Shown here piece by piece: positions 30,576-39,652 of a stretch of DNA of 64,000 nucleotides. The translations under genes were made by a program, and so were the position numbers. The notes under the pieces were generated by a model that saw only the letters and a program-made list of their open reading frames with translations, had not been told where the DNA came from and made no database searches. The first letter of the stretch is position 1, and each line of letters begins with the position of its first letter. The DNA comes from Polyangiaceae bacterium (lineage in GTDB: Bacteria > Myxococcota_A > Polyangia > Polyangiales > Polyangiaceae), in the NCBI GenBank assembly GCA_044376115.1, contig JBILLK010000001.1:288001-352000 (forward strand), read 5' to 3'.

Positions 30576-32462
30576 ATGCATCGATCGTTCGTTCAACTGG
30601 CCGCGCTGAGTTCGCTAGGCACCCTAGCCTTGCTCACTCCTGCCCTGGCTGAAGCGCAGGTTGTCGCCGAGAACCTCACCAACGGTGACTCCGGGGCGGA
30701 TACGCATCTGTTCCGGCCGCCGGTCGACTCCAAAGGTTTCATCTCGGTCAACGGCGCGGACATTGTCGGTCACCTCGACTTCAGCCTCGGCCTGTTCCTC
30801 GACTACGGCTACGGCATCATGCCGGTCGCCGAAGGCCACGGCGAAGAAGCCGACTACCTGCTCGACCATTCGTTCCAGGGCACCCTTCAGTTCGATCTCG
30901 GCTTGGCGAACTTCATGGTCGTCGGGCTCTCGCTCCCGGTGGTGCTCGCGGGGCATGAGGCCATTACCGATATCGGTCCGACTGGCCAGCTCTATTCGGT
31001 GAAGAACGACTTCGCGCAAGGCCTCGGCTTCATCGGTGCGCACGCGAAGTTCCGCATCATTCGCCCCGAGGACGGCCCGTCGGTCGGTCTCGCGGCGATC
31101 GTCCAGGGCGGCGTCGGCGTCGCCGGGACGGAGGATCTCATTGGTGAAAAGGGCGGCTTCATTTGGCCCCAGGTCGTGTTCGAGGGTCGCGTCGCTCCCG
31201 GCGGCATTTGGCGCATCGGCGTCAACGGCGGCTTCCGCGCCAACTTCGGCGGTACCAACGCTGTCTTCGGATCGGACGCCAACGGCGTGCCGGTGCTCGA
31301 GAGCGGTGAATTCGAATACGGTCAGCTCGTCACCGCGGGCCTCGGTACCAGCATCCGCGTGGTCGACCCGCTCGACATCGTCGCCGAGACCTACGCTTCG
31401 ATGCTCGTCACCGGCGAGAACGATACAGATCAGCGCATCAGCGCCGAGGCGATCGGCGGCCTCAAGGTATTCATCGACGGTCGCAGCTTTCTCTTCCTCG
31501 GCGGCGGAGCCGGGTATGCACCGGGCTTCCAAACCGCAACCGCGCGCGGAACCGTCGGCTTCGTGTTCGAGCCTTCGATCGGAGATCGCGACGGGGACGG
31601 CTTCAAAGACGACGAAGATGATTGCCCCGATCAACCCGAAGATCGTGACGGCTTCGAGGACACCCGCGATGAAGCCCCGCCCGGCCAACTCGGCTGCCCC
31701 GATCCGGACAACGACAAGGACGGCATCCTCGACGTCGACGATCAGTGCATCAACAACCCCGAAGACAAAGACGGTGATGAAGACACCGACGGTTGTCCCG
31801 AGAGCCGCGACGGCGATCGCGACGGCGACGGCATCCTCGATTCGCGCGACAAGTGCCCCGATGATCCCGAGGACAAGGACGGCTTCGAGGACAAGGACGG
31901 CTGTCCCGATCTCGACAACGACAAGGACGGCATCCCGGACGCCAACGACGCTTGCCGCGATGACCCCGAGGACAAGGACGGCAAGGAAGATGAAGACGGT
32001 TGCCCGGAGACCGAGCCGCAAGGGCCGGTCATCATCGAGGGCAACAACATCCTCATCTTTGAGAAGGTCCAGTTCGCGACTGGCAGCGCCAAGATCCTCC
32101 CCGCCTCCGACTCAATCCTCGAGGCCGTGAGCAAGACGCTGCTGGAGCACCCGGAGTTCACGCTGATCGAAGTGCAAGGTCACGCTGACGAGCGCGCAGA
32201 TGACCGCTTCAACCTGCAGCTCACCAAAGACCGCGCCAAGGCCGTCATGCAAGCGCTCGTAAAGCGCGGTGTCGAGGCCGGCCGCGTCCGCTCGATGGGC
32301 TTCGGCGAATATTGTCCGCAGGATCCCGAGTCGAACGAGAAGGCCTGGGAAACGAATCGGCGCGTCGAGTTCAAGATCGTACGCACCAAAGACGGTCCGA
32401 CCGACGTCGTGCTCGGCTGTGATGCAGCTGCGGCCAAGGGCGTTAAGTCACCGCCGCCGTGA
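30576..32462 (+). CDS. OmpA-family outer-membrane protein with thrombospondin type-3 repeats (TraB-like architecture)
   Basis: Signal peptide; beta-barrel-like N-terminus; DRDGDG..D..D.CP / EDxDGxxDxDGCP repeats; OmpA_C motifs (VQFATGS, GHADE, RA.AV, GFGE, NRRVEF). Confidence 0.9.
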   Translation: MHRSFVQLAALSSLGTLALLTPALAEAQVVAENLTNGDSGADTHLFRPPVDSKGFISVNGADIVGHLDFSLGLFLDYGYGIMPVAEGHGEEADYLLDHSFQGTLQFDLGLANFMVVGLSLPVVLAGHEAITDIGPTGQLYSVKNDFAQGLGFIGAHAKFRIIRPEDGPSVGLAAIVQGGVGVAGTEDLIGEKGGFIWPQVVFEGRVAPGGIWRIGVNGGFRANFGGTNAVFGSDANGVPVLESGEFEYGQLVTAGLGTSIRVVDPLDIVAETYASMLVTGENDTDQRISAEAIGGLKVFIDGRSFLFLGGGAGYAPGFQTATARGTVGFVFEPSIGDRDGDGFKDDEDDCPDQPEDRDGFEDTRDEAPPGQLGCPDPDNDKDGILDVDDQCINNPEDKDGDEDTDGCPESRDGDRDGDGILDSRDKCPDDPEDKDGFEDKDGCPDLDNDKDGIPDANDACRDDPEDKDGKEDEDGCPETEPQGPVIIEGNNILIFEKVQFATGSAKILPASDSILEAVSKTLLEHPEFTLIEVQGHADERADDRFNLQLTKDRAKAVMQALVKRGVEAGRVRSMGFGEYCPQDPESNEKAWETNRRVEFKIVRTKDGPTDVVLGCDAAAAKGVKSPPP

Positions 32463-32514
32463 GTCGTTGATGCGTGATCCACCCATCGTGGATCGGCAGC
32501 TACAAAGCAGTTGA

Positions 32515-32546
32515 GGCCTCCAGGAAACTGGGGGCCCTTTGCTTTT
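32515..32546 (+). terminator. Rho-independent terminator
   Basis: GGCCTCCAG-GAAA-CTGGGGGCC stem with a GNRA loop, followed by CTTTGCTTTT; between convergent genes. Confidence 0.7.
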
Positions 32547-32563
32547 GGGGCCACAAAGCAAGC

Positions 32564-33784
32564 CTAACGTTTGCGCGGCTGCGAACGAATCCAGAGCCAC
32601 ATCGCGACGGCGAGGCCCACCAGAACCAGCACGGTCGGCGCCAACGGAAGGCGGCGATCGATCGCCCAGCCGAACAGCACCGCGCTTGCGCTCATGCTCA
32701 CGGTAAAGCCAAGCGAGTCGAGCGCCAGCATGCGACCTCGCATCTCGGTCGAACTCCGTTGCTGGATCTCGGTTTGGGTGAGCACCCAGATGGCGCCTCC
32801 ACCCAACCCCCAGAGAAACACGCCGATGAGCGAACTCACCGAGCCGTGCATGAAGGCCACGATCACGTTGCCCGCGAAAGCAACGAATGCAGCTACGTGA
32901 GCGATGCTCGAGTGTTGGCCAAACCGAGCGGTAGCCGCACGTGCGAAGAGCGGCCCGACACCCGTGCCGACGCCGCGCACGGCCTGAAGGATTCCTAGCG
33001 TCGCAGCCGCTCCGTAGGCCCACGGATGAGCCTGCGCGCCGACGTTGAGCGCGACCCACGAGACGCCGGCGGCCACGCCAGTTGGCGTTTTTCCAAAGAC
33101 TCCCGCACGCAACGCCGGCTGTCTCGCTTCGCGAAATGCCAGCCGCAAATCCCCAACCACGACCGCAAGCGCGTTGCCTCGCCCACTCGCGCGATAGTTC
33201 GGCTGTAGACGAGGCAATGAAAGCAGGACGAGCGCTGCAATGAAGAAGGTTGCGGCGTCGATTACGAGCGCTGTGACGGCACCGATCTCGGTTGCGATCC
33301 CTCCTGCCGCCATACCGACGACGAAGGTCGTGCTCCAGGCCGTCGCGTTGAGCGCGTTCGCGGTGGGCAGCTCATGCTCCTGCACCAAGCTCGGTAGCGC
33401 GGCACCAGCCGCAGGCTCACGCATCGCCGCGACTCCCGATCGCAGAAGCAGCAACAGCTGCAAACCAGCAACCGAGTTCTGCAGCGCAGCCAGCGTCATC
33501 GCGATCGTGATCAGGCCTTCACAGACGTTGCCTGCGATCAACACCACTCGCCGATCGAAGCGATCCGCGAGCCAGCCAGCGACGGGCGCTAGCGCAGCAC
33601 CAGGCAAAAGGTGCGCTGCGAGTACGGTGGCCAATGCAACGCCACTGGATTGGGGCGAACCGCGCGCAACCAGCACGCTGATGGCAACGAGACTGAACCA
33701 GTCCCCGGTGACCGACACCACGTCCGCGATGAAGAGGGACCGGTACCCGGCCCGTGCCTTCAGAAGTTGGAGGTAGGTCGTCAT
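32564..33784 (-). CDS. MFS transporter (MFS_3/DHA3-like)
   Basis: About 12 hydrophobic helices, motif A GWLADRFDRR, SVTGDWF, RGRMLAL. Confidence 0.9.
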   Translation of the reverse strand: MTTYLQLLKARAGYRSLFIADVVSVTGDWFSLVAISVLVARGSPQSSGVALATVLAAHLLPGAALAPVAGWLADRFDRRVVLIAGNVCEGLITIAMTLAALQNSVAGLQLLLLLRSGVAAMREPAAGAALPSLVQEHELPTANALNATAWSTTFVVGMAAGGIATEIGAVTALVIDAATFFIAALVLLSLPRLQPNYRASGRGNALAVVVGDLRLAFREARQPALRAGVFGKTPTGVAAGVSWVALNVGAQAHPWAYGAAATLGILQAVRGVGTGVGPLFARAATARFGQHSSIAHVAAFVAFAGNVIVAFMHGSVSSLIGVFLWGLGGGAIWVLTQTEIQQRSSTEMRGRMLALDSLGFTVSMSASAVLFGWAIDRRLPLAPTVLVLVGLAVAMWLWIRSQPRKR

Positions 33785-33948
33785 CGCGACGGCAGGCTAG
33801 TCGCATCGAGGTGTCGCAACGTCAGCTCGCGCGAATGTGAGTTCACCACGGGCCTTTCAAGGGCGAAAACAGCACTGGCGTTCGGCGTTCTTTGCTGACA
33901 TGGTTCGCCCGCCCCCAGGGGATGTTGGCGGGGCGGGAGTTGAGCTTC

Positions 33949-35265
33949 ATGCGATCTAGCAACATTTTTGCGGGTTTCTTCGTTTCCGTAGCCTTCCTGT
34001 TGTCCGGCTGTGACGACATCAAAGACAAGCTGGGCATGTCGGAAAAGAAGGAGACGGCCTCCAAAGAGGACTCGAAGGACAAGAAGGAGAAGAAGAAGGC
34101 CGCTGACGACGAGGAAGAGGACACGGACAAGGCCAAGGCTGGTTCGTCGGCCTCCGCTGCAGCCCCCGCCTCGACGAGCGCAGCTCCGACTGCACCGTCC
34201 GCTCCGCTCGGCGCCCCCGGTAAAGCCGCTGCCCACCTTCCCTCCGACTGCGACGCGGTCGTGACGTTGAACATCGCCAAGGTGCTCGCCCATCCGGCCT
34301 TTGCATCACAGGTCGTCCCGGCACTCGATGAGGCCATGAAGAAGGCCTCGACCGAGGGCCCCGACGCTGCAAAGAAAGACGCTTTCTTCAAAGAAACGGG
34401 CATCTCGCCCAAGGCGTTCTCCGACCTTGCTCTTTGCATCAAGGATGGTGGTTCCGAGCCGCTGGTTGGCTTGGTTGCGGCAGGTTCCATCACGCCCGAC
34501 AGCGTGGTCCCCGCGATCGAAAAGGGAGACCCTTCGGCGAAGGACAAGATCAAAGACCTCGACGGGCGCAAAGTGCTGAGCGACGGCAAGTTCACGCTGG
34601 GGCAATACGCTGACGGCTCCTTGGGCTTCGCCCAATCCGACGACATGTTCCGCGCGATGGGCAGCACTGGGGATGCAGCCACCGCCAAGTATCGCATCGA
34701 CGGCAACAAGGAGATCTCCTTGGTGATCCCGGAAGGCTCCATCGCGAAGCTTGCCAAAGGCCAAGCTCCCGCTGAGCTTTCTGCGGTTAAGTCGATCTCG
34801 ATCTCGCTCGATCTCACCGGAGGAAAGGCTGTCGTAAGAGCTGCCACGACCAGCGCAGATGAAGCAAAGAAGCTCGAGGCGCTGTTCACGGTGCTCAAGA
34901 GCGAAGCAGGCGGGAAGCTCGCCGGCGCACCGCCTGGTACGGCGGAGCTCCTCAAGAGCGCGACCAGCCGCGTGGAAGGCAATGACCTCGTGATCGAAGC
35001 AGCGCTGCCTGCCGACGCGATGACCAGCCTCGCCACCCTGATTGCGACGGGCCTGAAGGAAGAGTCCGGAGCTGCGGTGGATTCACTCTTCAAGGGCGAC
35101 GGCAAGGCTGAGGCAAAGAATGAGCCCGCCAAGCCGGGCACGACAGCTGCAGCTCCGGCGACCAAGCCCACCACTCCCACGACGCCAACGAAGCCCACGG
35201 CAACGGCGACGGCAGCAACAGTCAAGCGCCCCGGCGTCGGGCTGAAGCTACCTGGCCGCAAGTAG
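33949..35265 (+). CDS. Hypothetical lipoprotein
   Basis: Lipobox LSGC-DD, K/E-rich then Ala/Pro-rich linker, Thr/Pro-rich tail; strong GC3 bias. Confidence 0.8.
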   Translation: MRSSNIFAGFFVSVAFLLSGCDDIKDKLGMSEKKETASKEDSKDKKEKKKAADDEEEDTDKAKAGSSASAAAPASTSAAPTAPSAPLGAPGKAAAHLPSDCDAVVTLNIAKVLAHPAFASQVVPALDEAMKKASTEGPDAAKKDAFFKETGISPKAFSDLALCIKDGGSEPLVGLVAAGSITPDSVVPAIEKGDPSAKDKIKDLDGRKVLSDGKFTLGQYADGSLGFAQSDDMFRAMGSTGDAATAKYRIDGNKEISLVIPEGSIAKLAKGQAPAELSAVKSISISLDLTGGKAVVRAATTSADEAKKLEALFTVLKSEAGGKLAGAPPGTAELLKSATSRVEGNDLVIEAALPADAMTSLATLIATGLKEESGAAVDSLFKGDGKAEAKNEPAKPGTTAAAPATKPTTPTTPTKPTATATAATVKRPGVGLKLPGRK

Positions 35266-35286
35266 TCGGTAGCGGCTCCACCAACG

Positions 35287-35315
35287 AAAACGCCCTCTTC
35301 AAGGAGGGCGTTTTT
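35287..35315. terminator. Bidirectional rho-independent terminator
   Basis: AAAACGCCCTC-ttcaag-GAGGGCGTTTTT between convergent genes. Confidence 0.85.
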
Positions 35316-35361
35316 GCGTTCGGCAACGGATGTTGTGCCGACGCTTTCGAATCACGCGTCG

Positions 35362-36045
35362 TCACATCAGCTGGAACTGCTCGCGAACGACGATCCGGCC
35401 TTCGCCCATATTGGTCGCGGAGACAACGGCGCGGTAGTCGGAGAAGCTAAACTCCGAAGCGACCTGGCTAAGCTTGTTCTTCGAGAGGTAGCTGCTCGAC
35501 TTCTCGCCGCGCTCTTTTGATGGGGGCCCTGCAACCGCCATCAGGCTCGAGGCGCGGGCTTGAACGAATTCCACAGCCGCTTCAGGCGCCATGCTGTTGC
35601 GAGTTACGCCAACGGTGACAAGGGCCTGGGCCGAGTCAAAAACGAAGAGCACCTCATCGGCGTCGGTGGATGAATCGATCGCTGCACCAGCGACTTTTTG
35701 GCAGCGAAGCTCATTGCTGCGGACGCTATTGCAGCTGACGCCACGGTCAGCGGCCCAGCCTTCAACCGAGGCTCGCGTCGTTTGGCCGAGCGTAAAACCG
35801 AGTGCTGGCTTGCCCGACGACGTCCCTTCGCCGCGCACTTTATCGAACGCTAGTTCACGCGCTTGGTCACGCTGCTCGGGCGTCAACGCGACATCCATCC
35901 CTACCGGGCAAGCGCCCATTCCGGGGATGTAGCGCAACATCCAACGACCAGACTTGGTGTGAGCAAACCCGATCACCCCGACCGCCAAAGCCGAGGTCAA
36001 CACGAGACCTGCCGAGATACGAATCAGGAGTGAACGCTTCTTCAT
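35362..36045 (-). CDS. Hypothetical exported or membrane-anchored protein
   Basis: GAGGA RBS, basic N-terminus plus a hydrophobic helix; no family recognised. Confidence 0.7.
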   Translation of the reverse strand: MKKRSLLIRISAGLVLTSALAVGVIGFAHTKSGRWMLRYIPGMGACPVGMDVALTPEQRDQARELAFDKVRGEGTSSGKPALGFTLGQTTRASVEGWAADRGVSCNSVRSNELRCQKVAGAAIDSSTDADEVLFVFDSAQALVTVGVTRNSMAPEAAVEFVQARASSLMAVAGPPSKERGEKSSSYLSKNKLSQVASEFSFSDYRAVVSATNMGEGRIVVREQFQLM

Positions 36046-36105
36046 TTCTTCCTCGAAAGATGGGGCTCATCGACTCGACGAATCGACCCGATGAGCCTTG
36101 CAAAC

Positions 36106-36639
36106 TCACTTGCCGATGAAGTCAGCGGCGAAGGTCGCATCCGTGAGCGCCGGAGCGAAACACTCGCCGATGTAATCATCGGGAACGCCAGCATCCGAGA
36201 GCACGCCTGCAATCAGGCCCACGAATGCGTCGTACTCCTCTTGCGTGATGTCGAGACCGGTGTGAGCCTCAACCATCGACGGTCCTTCGTACGTGCCCGT
36301 GGTGCAACCGTACGCATCCGAAACGAAGGCCGTGAGGCTCGCCTTGAAAGCGGTAACAGCGGCATCACCCGCCATTACGAGCGGCGCAAAATCGGCTTCG
36401 AACTGGGGATCAGCGGCGGCGCGATTCACGATCTCGTCAACAGCAGCCGGAACGGCAGCACCGTAGTCAGCGCAAACGTCGCACTGCACGCCAGAGCCGC
36501 CTGCGCCGCCCTCGCCACCCTCGCCACCTGCACCGCCGGTCGCACCACCAGTGCCACCGCCGCCGCTCGTCGAATCATCACCACAACCCACTGCAACGAA
36601 AGCCGCGAACATTGCGCAGCTCAAAAACTTTAAAGCCAT
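36106..36639 (-). CDS. Group 1 truncated hemoglobin (trHbN-like) lipoprotein
   Basis: GGAGG RBS; lipobox VAVGC-GDD; VDEIV...DP....F; YEGPSMVEAHTGLDITQEEYDAFV (proximal His motif). Confidence 0.75.
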   Translation of the reverse strand: MALKFLSCAMFAAFVAVGCGDDSTSGGGGTGGATGGAGGEGGEGGAGGSGVQCDVCADYGAAVPAAVDEIVNRAAADPQFEADFAPLVMAGDAAVTAFKASLTAFVSDAYGCTTGTYEGPSMVEAHTGLDITQEEYDAFVGLIAGVLSDAGVPDDYIGECFAPALTDATFAADFIGK

Positions 36640-36701
36640 GAGGAACCTCCTAGTTCGGCGCATACGTAGCAGCTTGCAACCCAGTTGCCCAAGTTCGAAC
36701 A

Positions 36702-36737
36702 AACGAGAAAAGGCCCGGTCATGGGCCTCTTCTCGTT
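36702..36737 (-). terminator. Probable terminator downstream of the 36784-37917 gene
   Basis: Minus strand AACGAGAAGAGGCCC-atgacc-GGGCCTTTTCTCGTT. Confidence 0.6.
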
Positions 36738-36783
36738 GTCTAACGTTTGGTCACAAGGCTTGGACACCTCGTTCGTGCTGTAA

Positions 36784-37917
36784 TCACTGCGGAATCGGCT
36801 GTGTCCCGGTGGTGGTCCCGTCCGACTCGAACTTGAAGTTATCGATCAGGACCGTTGAGTCCAGGACACCATCACCCGAGTCCCAGATCGCAAAGTGCAA
36901 CGTGATGTCGGACCCTGGCGAATCGATCGGCGCTTTGGTCTCGAGCCAGCCCGTCGCTGCACTGCCTAGCGTCTCCTCGAAGGTCTTGAAGTCGATCGCC
37001 ATTTGCTCGTCAAAGCCGGTCCCCATCAGCTCGGCGGTGCCTTGGGTGCAAGAGAAGTTCTTGCCACCGTGATTGCCAGGCGTGCAGACGTCGAGGAAGC
37101 CCGCGTTGACGCTGATGGTGTTGCCATCCGGGTCGAAGGAGATGTTCCCGTCAGCGAGGCCCGAGGGCGTGGGCGTCATCATCGCGACGAAGAAGTCGTT
37201 GTAGGTGTCGCAAATGTAGTTGGGGTACTCGTAGGTGTAGAAGTCGAGGTTGAAGGAGAAGCTCTTCGCGTCGACCGGCGTCTTGATCACCACCTTCAGA
37301 CCGGCTGAGTCGTAGGGCTCACCGGTGATGCTACCGGGGCAGGCGGGTGACTCTTTGGGGTAACCGGGCGGTGAGCCGTGCGGCGATTGATCTTTCCAGT
37401 AGCCGCCAACACTCATGTAGCCCGGATCATTCGGGCCGCGCGCAGACCCAGAGGAGAGGGCCAAAACCTTCGCTCCTTCACGCGGAGTCACAGGGCCGAG
37501 GCCGTTGAGAATGCCTTTGCCATCGGCGAGGGTGCCGCTGAGCGGCTGGCCATCCGAACGCACCCACTCAGCGCTCTTGACGCCCCAGCTGTTGCCTTCA
37601 GCAACTTTGCAAAGCCCCATCGCGCGCGCGCCGTCCATCGCATCGCCGCTATCGATCGACAACGCTCCGTCGCAATCACCCTGCGGACTCGAGCCAACGC
37701 ACTCCGGATCCGTGCAATTGGAAACGATGCCGGACGAGCTTGAGCCACCGCTTAACTGGAAGGAGCCAGTGGAACCGTTGTTCCCAGCACCGTCCGAACC
37801 TCCACCGCCATCGTTGTTGTTGGATGACCCAACGGTCGAACCGACCCCGGGGCTACAAGCCACCACGAGTCCCGCAATCAACGAACCAAGAAGCGCCTGC
37901 CTGCTGCCCATACGCAC
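36784..37917 (-). CDS. Lipoprotein with choice-of-anchor-L-like beta-sandwich domain
   Basis: LVVAC lipobox, Gly/Ser linker, LALSSG, FYTYEYPNYIC..YNDFF, ISVNAGF, ATGWL, IWDSGDGVLDSTVLIDNF. Confidence 0.75.
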   Translation of the reverse strand: MRMGSRQALLGSLIAGLVVACSPGVGSTVGSSNNNDGGGGSDGAGNNGSTGSFQLSGGSSSSGIVSNCTDPECVGSSPQGDCDGALSIDSGDAMDGARAMGLCKVAEGNSWGVKSAEWVRSDGQPLSGTLADGKGILNGLGPVTPREGAKVLALSSGSARGPNDPGYMSVGGYWKDQSPHGSPPGYPKESPACPGSITGEPYDSAGLKVVIKTPVDAKSFSFNLDFYTYEYPNYICDTYNDFFVAMMTPTPSGLADGNISFDPDGNTISVNAGFLDVCTPGNHGGKNFSCTQGTAELMGTGFDEQMAIDFKTFEETLGSAATGWLETKAPIDSPGSDITLHFAIWDSGDGVLDSTVLIDNFKFESDGTTTGTQPIPQ

Positions 37918-38023
37918 CTCGTTTTCCTTCCTGCGATGACCGGGGATGGCCGACTACAGAAGCGGAAGAGTTATCAGATGAGCGTACATCATTCGTTGCC
38001 TCGCCGTAACGGCTTTCTCACAA

Positions 38024-38926
38024 TCAAACTGGACGTGTTTGCCTAAGAATTGCCTTCACATCCGACCAGGTAGCACCGTCGATTGGGGCATCCTCGTGAA
38101 GCTCCAGGCCTCGCTCCAGGTCCTCCAGGCAATACCCGCCGGTCAATAGATCACCGCCCACGCGGACAGCGCCGTCTTTGGTTGTCCGCTCGAGGTAGCC
38201 AATTGGCACCTCCAGCGTCGTACCCAAAGCGGTCCAGCCCTCATCGCGCTCGGAAACCGGCAGCGGCTGGACGTGCTCCAACTGCGATGGCCGGCCTGCG
38301 CCAACCTCCTCGCACAATGCGAGCCGTAGGCTCTCGATCCAAGCGACCGGATCGCTCGTCACTTCGGTCAATGGCAAGGTTGGTCGGGTGCCATAGCGTT
38401 GAAGCGCAAGCTCCAGATCCGTCGCCTCCTCGCGAGGGACCCGCAGCTCGCTGCGCAGCGAGCCGATCGCCTCGACGAGCACAGTTCCTGGTCGAGTCAC
38501 CTCGAAGCCCAGCCCAAACAGGGCCCGTCGTCCCGAGCTTGGCCCAGCCGAAATCCAATCGCGACCAAGATAGACCGCCGCGCAGCGGAGCCGCCGGAGC
38601 GCGCTCAGCAAAGGCCTCACGTTGCGGTTGAGCAACGTTCGGTACGAGGCATCCTTGAACAGCGTGTCCACGCTCGGCAGCGCCAACCCAACGTAGACCA
38701 CGCCATCCACGAACATCGGCGCTCCGGAAGAAACCCGCCTCACGCGTTGGTTGGACACGGTGATTCGTGTTGCGTGGGCATGCGCACCGAGCACAACGCC
38801 CGTCCCGCCGAAGTGTTCAACCGCGACCGCCGAGCGACCCGTCGAACTCGTGAGGCTCAACAGGCTGTGGCCCAAACCAAGGCCCACCTGAAGGTCGCAG
38901 GGATGAGAGGGTCGTACGAGCAGCAT
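38024..38926 (-). CDS. Hypothetical protein, possibly a degenerate lipoate-protein-ligase (LplA/BPL) fold
   Basis: VVLGAH...VRRVSSGAPMFVDG loosely resembles the LplA motif vxlG...vRRxsGGGavfxDxG; otherwise divergent. Confidence 0.4.
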   Translation of the reverse strand: MLLVRPSHPCDLQVGLGLGHSLLSLTSSTGRSAVAVEHFGGTGVVLGAHAHATRITVSNQRVRRVSSGAPMFVDGVVYVGLALPSVDTLFKDASYRTLLNRNVRPLLSALRRLRCAAVYLGRDWISAGPSSGRRALFGLGFEVTRPGTVLVEAIGSLRSELRVPREEATDLELALQRYGTRPTLPLTEVTSDPVAWIESLRLALCEEVGAGRPSQLEHVQPLPVSERDEGWTALGTTLEVPIGYLERTTKDGAVRVGGDLLTGGYCLEDLERGLELHEDAPIDGATWSDVKAILRQTRPV

Positions 38927-38978
38927 GACTTACGATACGGAACTTTTTTCTTGAAGACAGTCGATCCAGAGGCTACTA

Positions 38979-39000
38979 ACTCTAACGCCCACGTAAGAGT
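38979..39000. promoter_or_regulatory. Imperfect 22-bp palindrome, candidate operator
   Basis: ACTCTAACG-CCCA-CGTAAGAGT (8 of 9 pairs match), immediately before the MerR ATG; TTGAAG at 38951. Confidence 0.55.
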
Positions 39001-39624
39001 ATGAGTCAATCATCCCGCACCAAGAACGAGCCGAACGAACACCGCGTCGTTCGTTTGCCGCTTTTGGACGCGGAGATGAAGCCGAGGCCGTGGGCGCAAA
39101 CCCGCAAGCCAGCGGTGGCCAACCTGCAGGTCGGGGATCTCGCCAAAGCGGCGGGTAAGACGGTTCGCGCCATTCACCACTATGAGGAGCTGGGTCTGCT
39201 GCGCCCCGACGCTCGGTCGAAGGGGCGGTTCCGCCTCTATGACGAGGGTGCCGTCGCGCGCGTTCGTTGGATCGGCAAGCTTCATGATCTGGGCATGAGC
39301 CTGCTCGAGATCCAAAAGGTGCTCGAGGCCTGGGAGAACGCCGAAGTACCAGCGCGAGCCATGGCCGACGTTCGAACCGTCTACAGGAACAGGCTCGAAG
39401 AGACTCGCGCGCAGATCGCGCGACTGCGCGCGCTCGAACAGGAGCTCGAGGCCAGCATCAACTACCTCGACACCTGCGATTCGTGTGCGCCCCAACCCCC
39501 TGCGCTAGCCGAGCCGCACTCGGAGCTGCGCGAAAAGTCCTCCACTGAAGTGGTCTGTCGTTCGTGTGAGCTACGCGAACGAGAGGCCGAACCCGATCTC
39601 GTTGCAGGCATTGTCGCCTCTTAG
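39001..39624 (+). CDS. MerR-family transcriptional regulator with C-terminal CxxC...CxxC
   Basis: [25 protein letters not shown]...[12 protein letters not shown], coiled coil, CDSC and CRSC. Confidence 0.92.
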   Translation: MSQSSRTKNEPNEHRVVRLPLLDAEMKPRPWAQTRKPAVANLQVGDLAKAAGKTVRAIHHYEELGLLRPDARSKGRFRLYDEGAVARVRWIGKLHDLGMSLLEIQKVLEAWENAEVPARAMADVRTVYRNRLEETRAQIARLRALEQELEASINYLDTCDSCAPQPPALAEPHSELREKSSTEVVCRSCELREREAEPDLVAGIVAS

Positions 39625-39652
39625 CCCTCCGTTCAACCCGCAGAGACAAACC

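Noticed and set aside
31585..32010. Repeated GACAAGGACGGC-type motifs
   Set aside because: They encode the TSP3 calcium-binding repeats of the OmpA protein.
33843..35261. 472-aa antisense ORF, and similar long shadow ORFs (30624-32021, 28695-29858, 42293-43507, 8221-9372)
   Set aside because: They mirror well-supported genes on the opposite strand, as expected from high-GC codon bias, and show no motifs.
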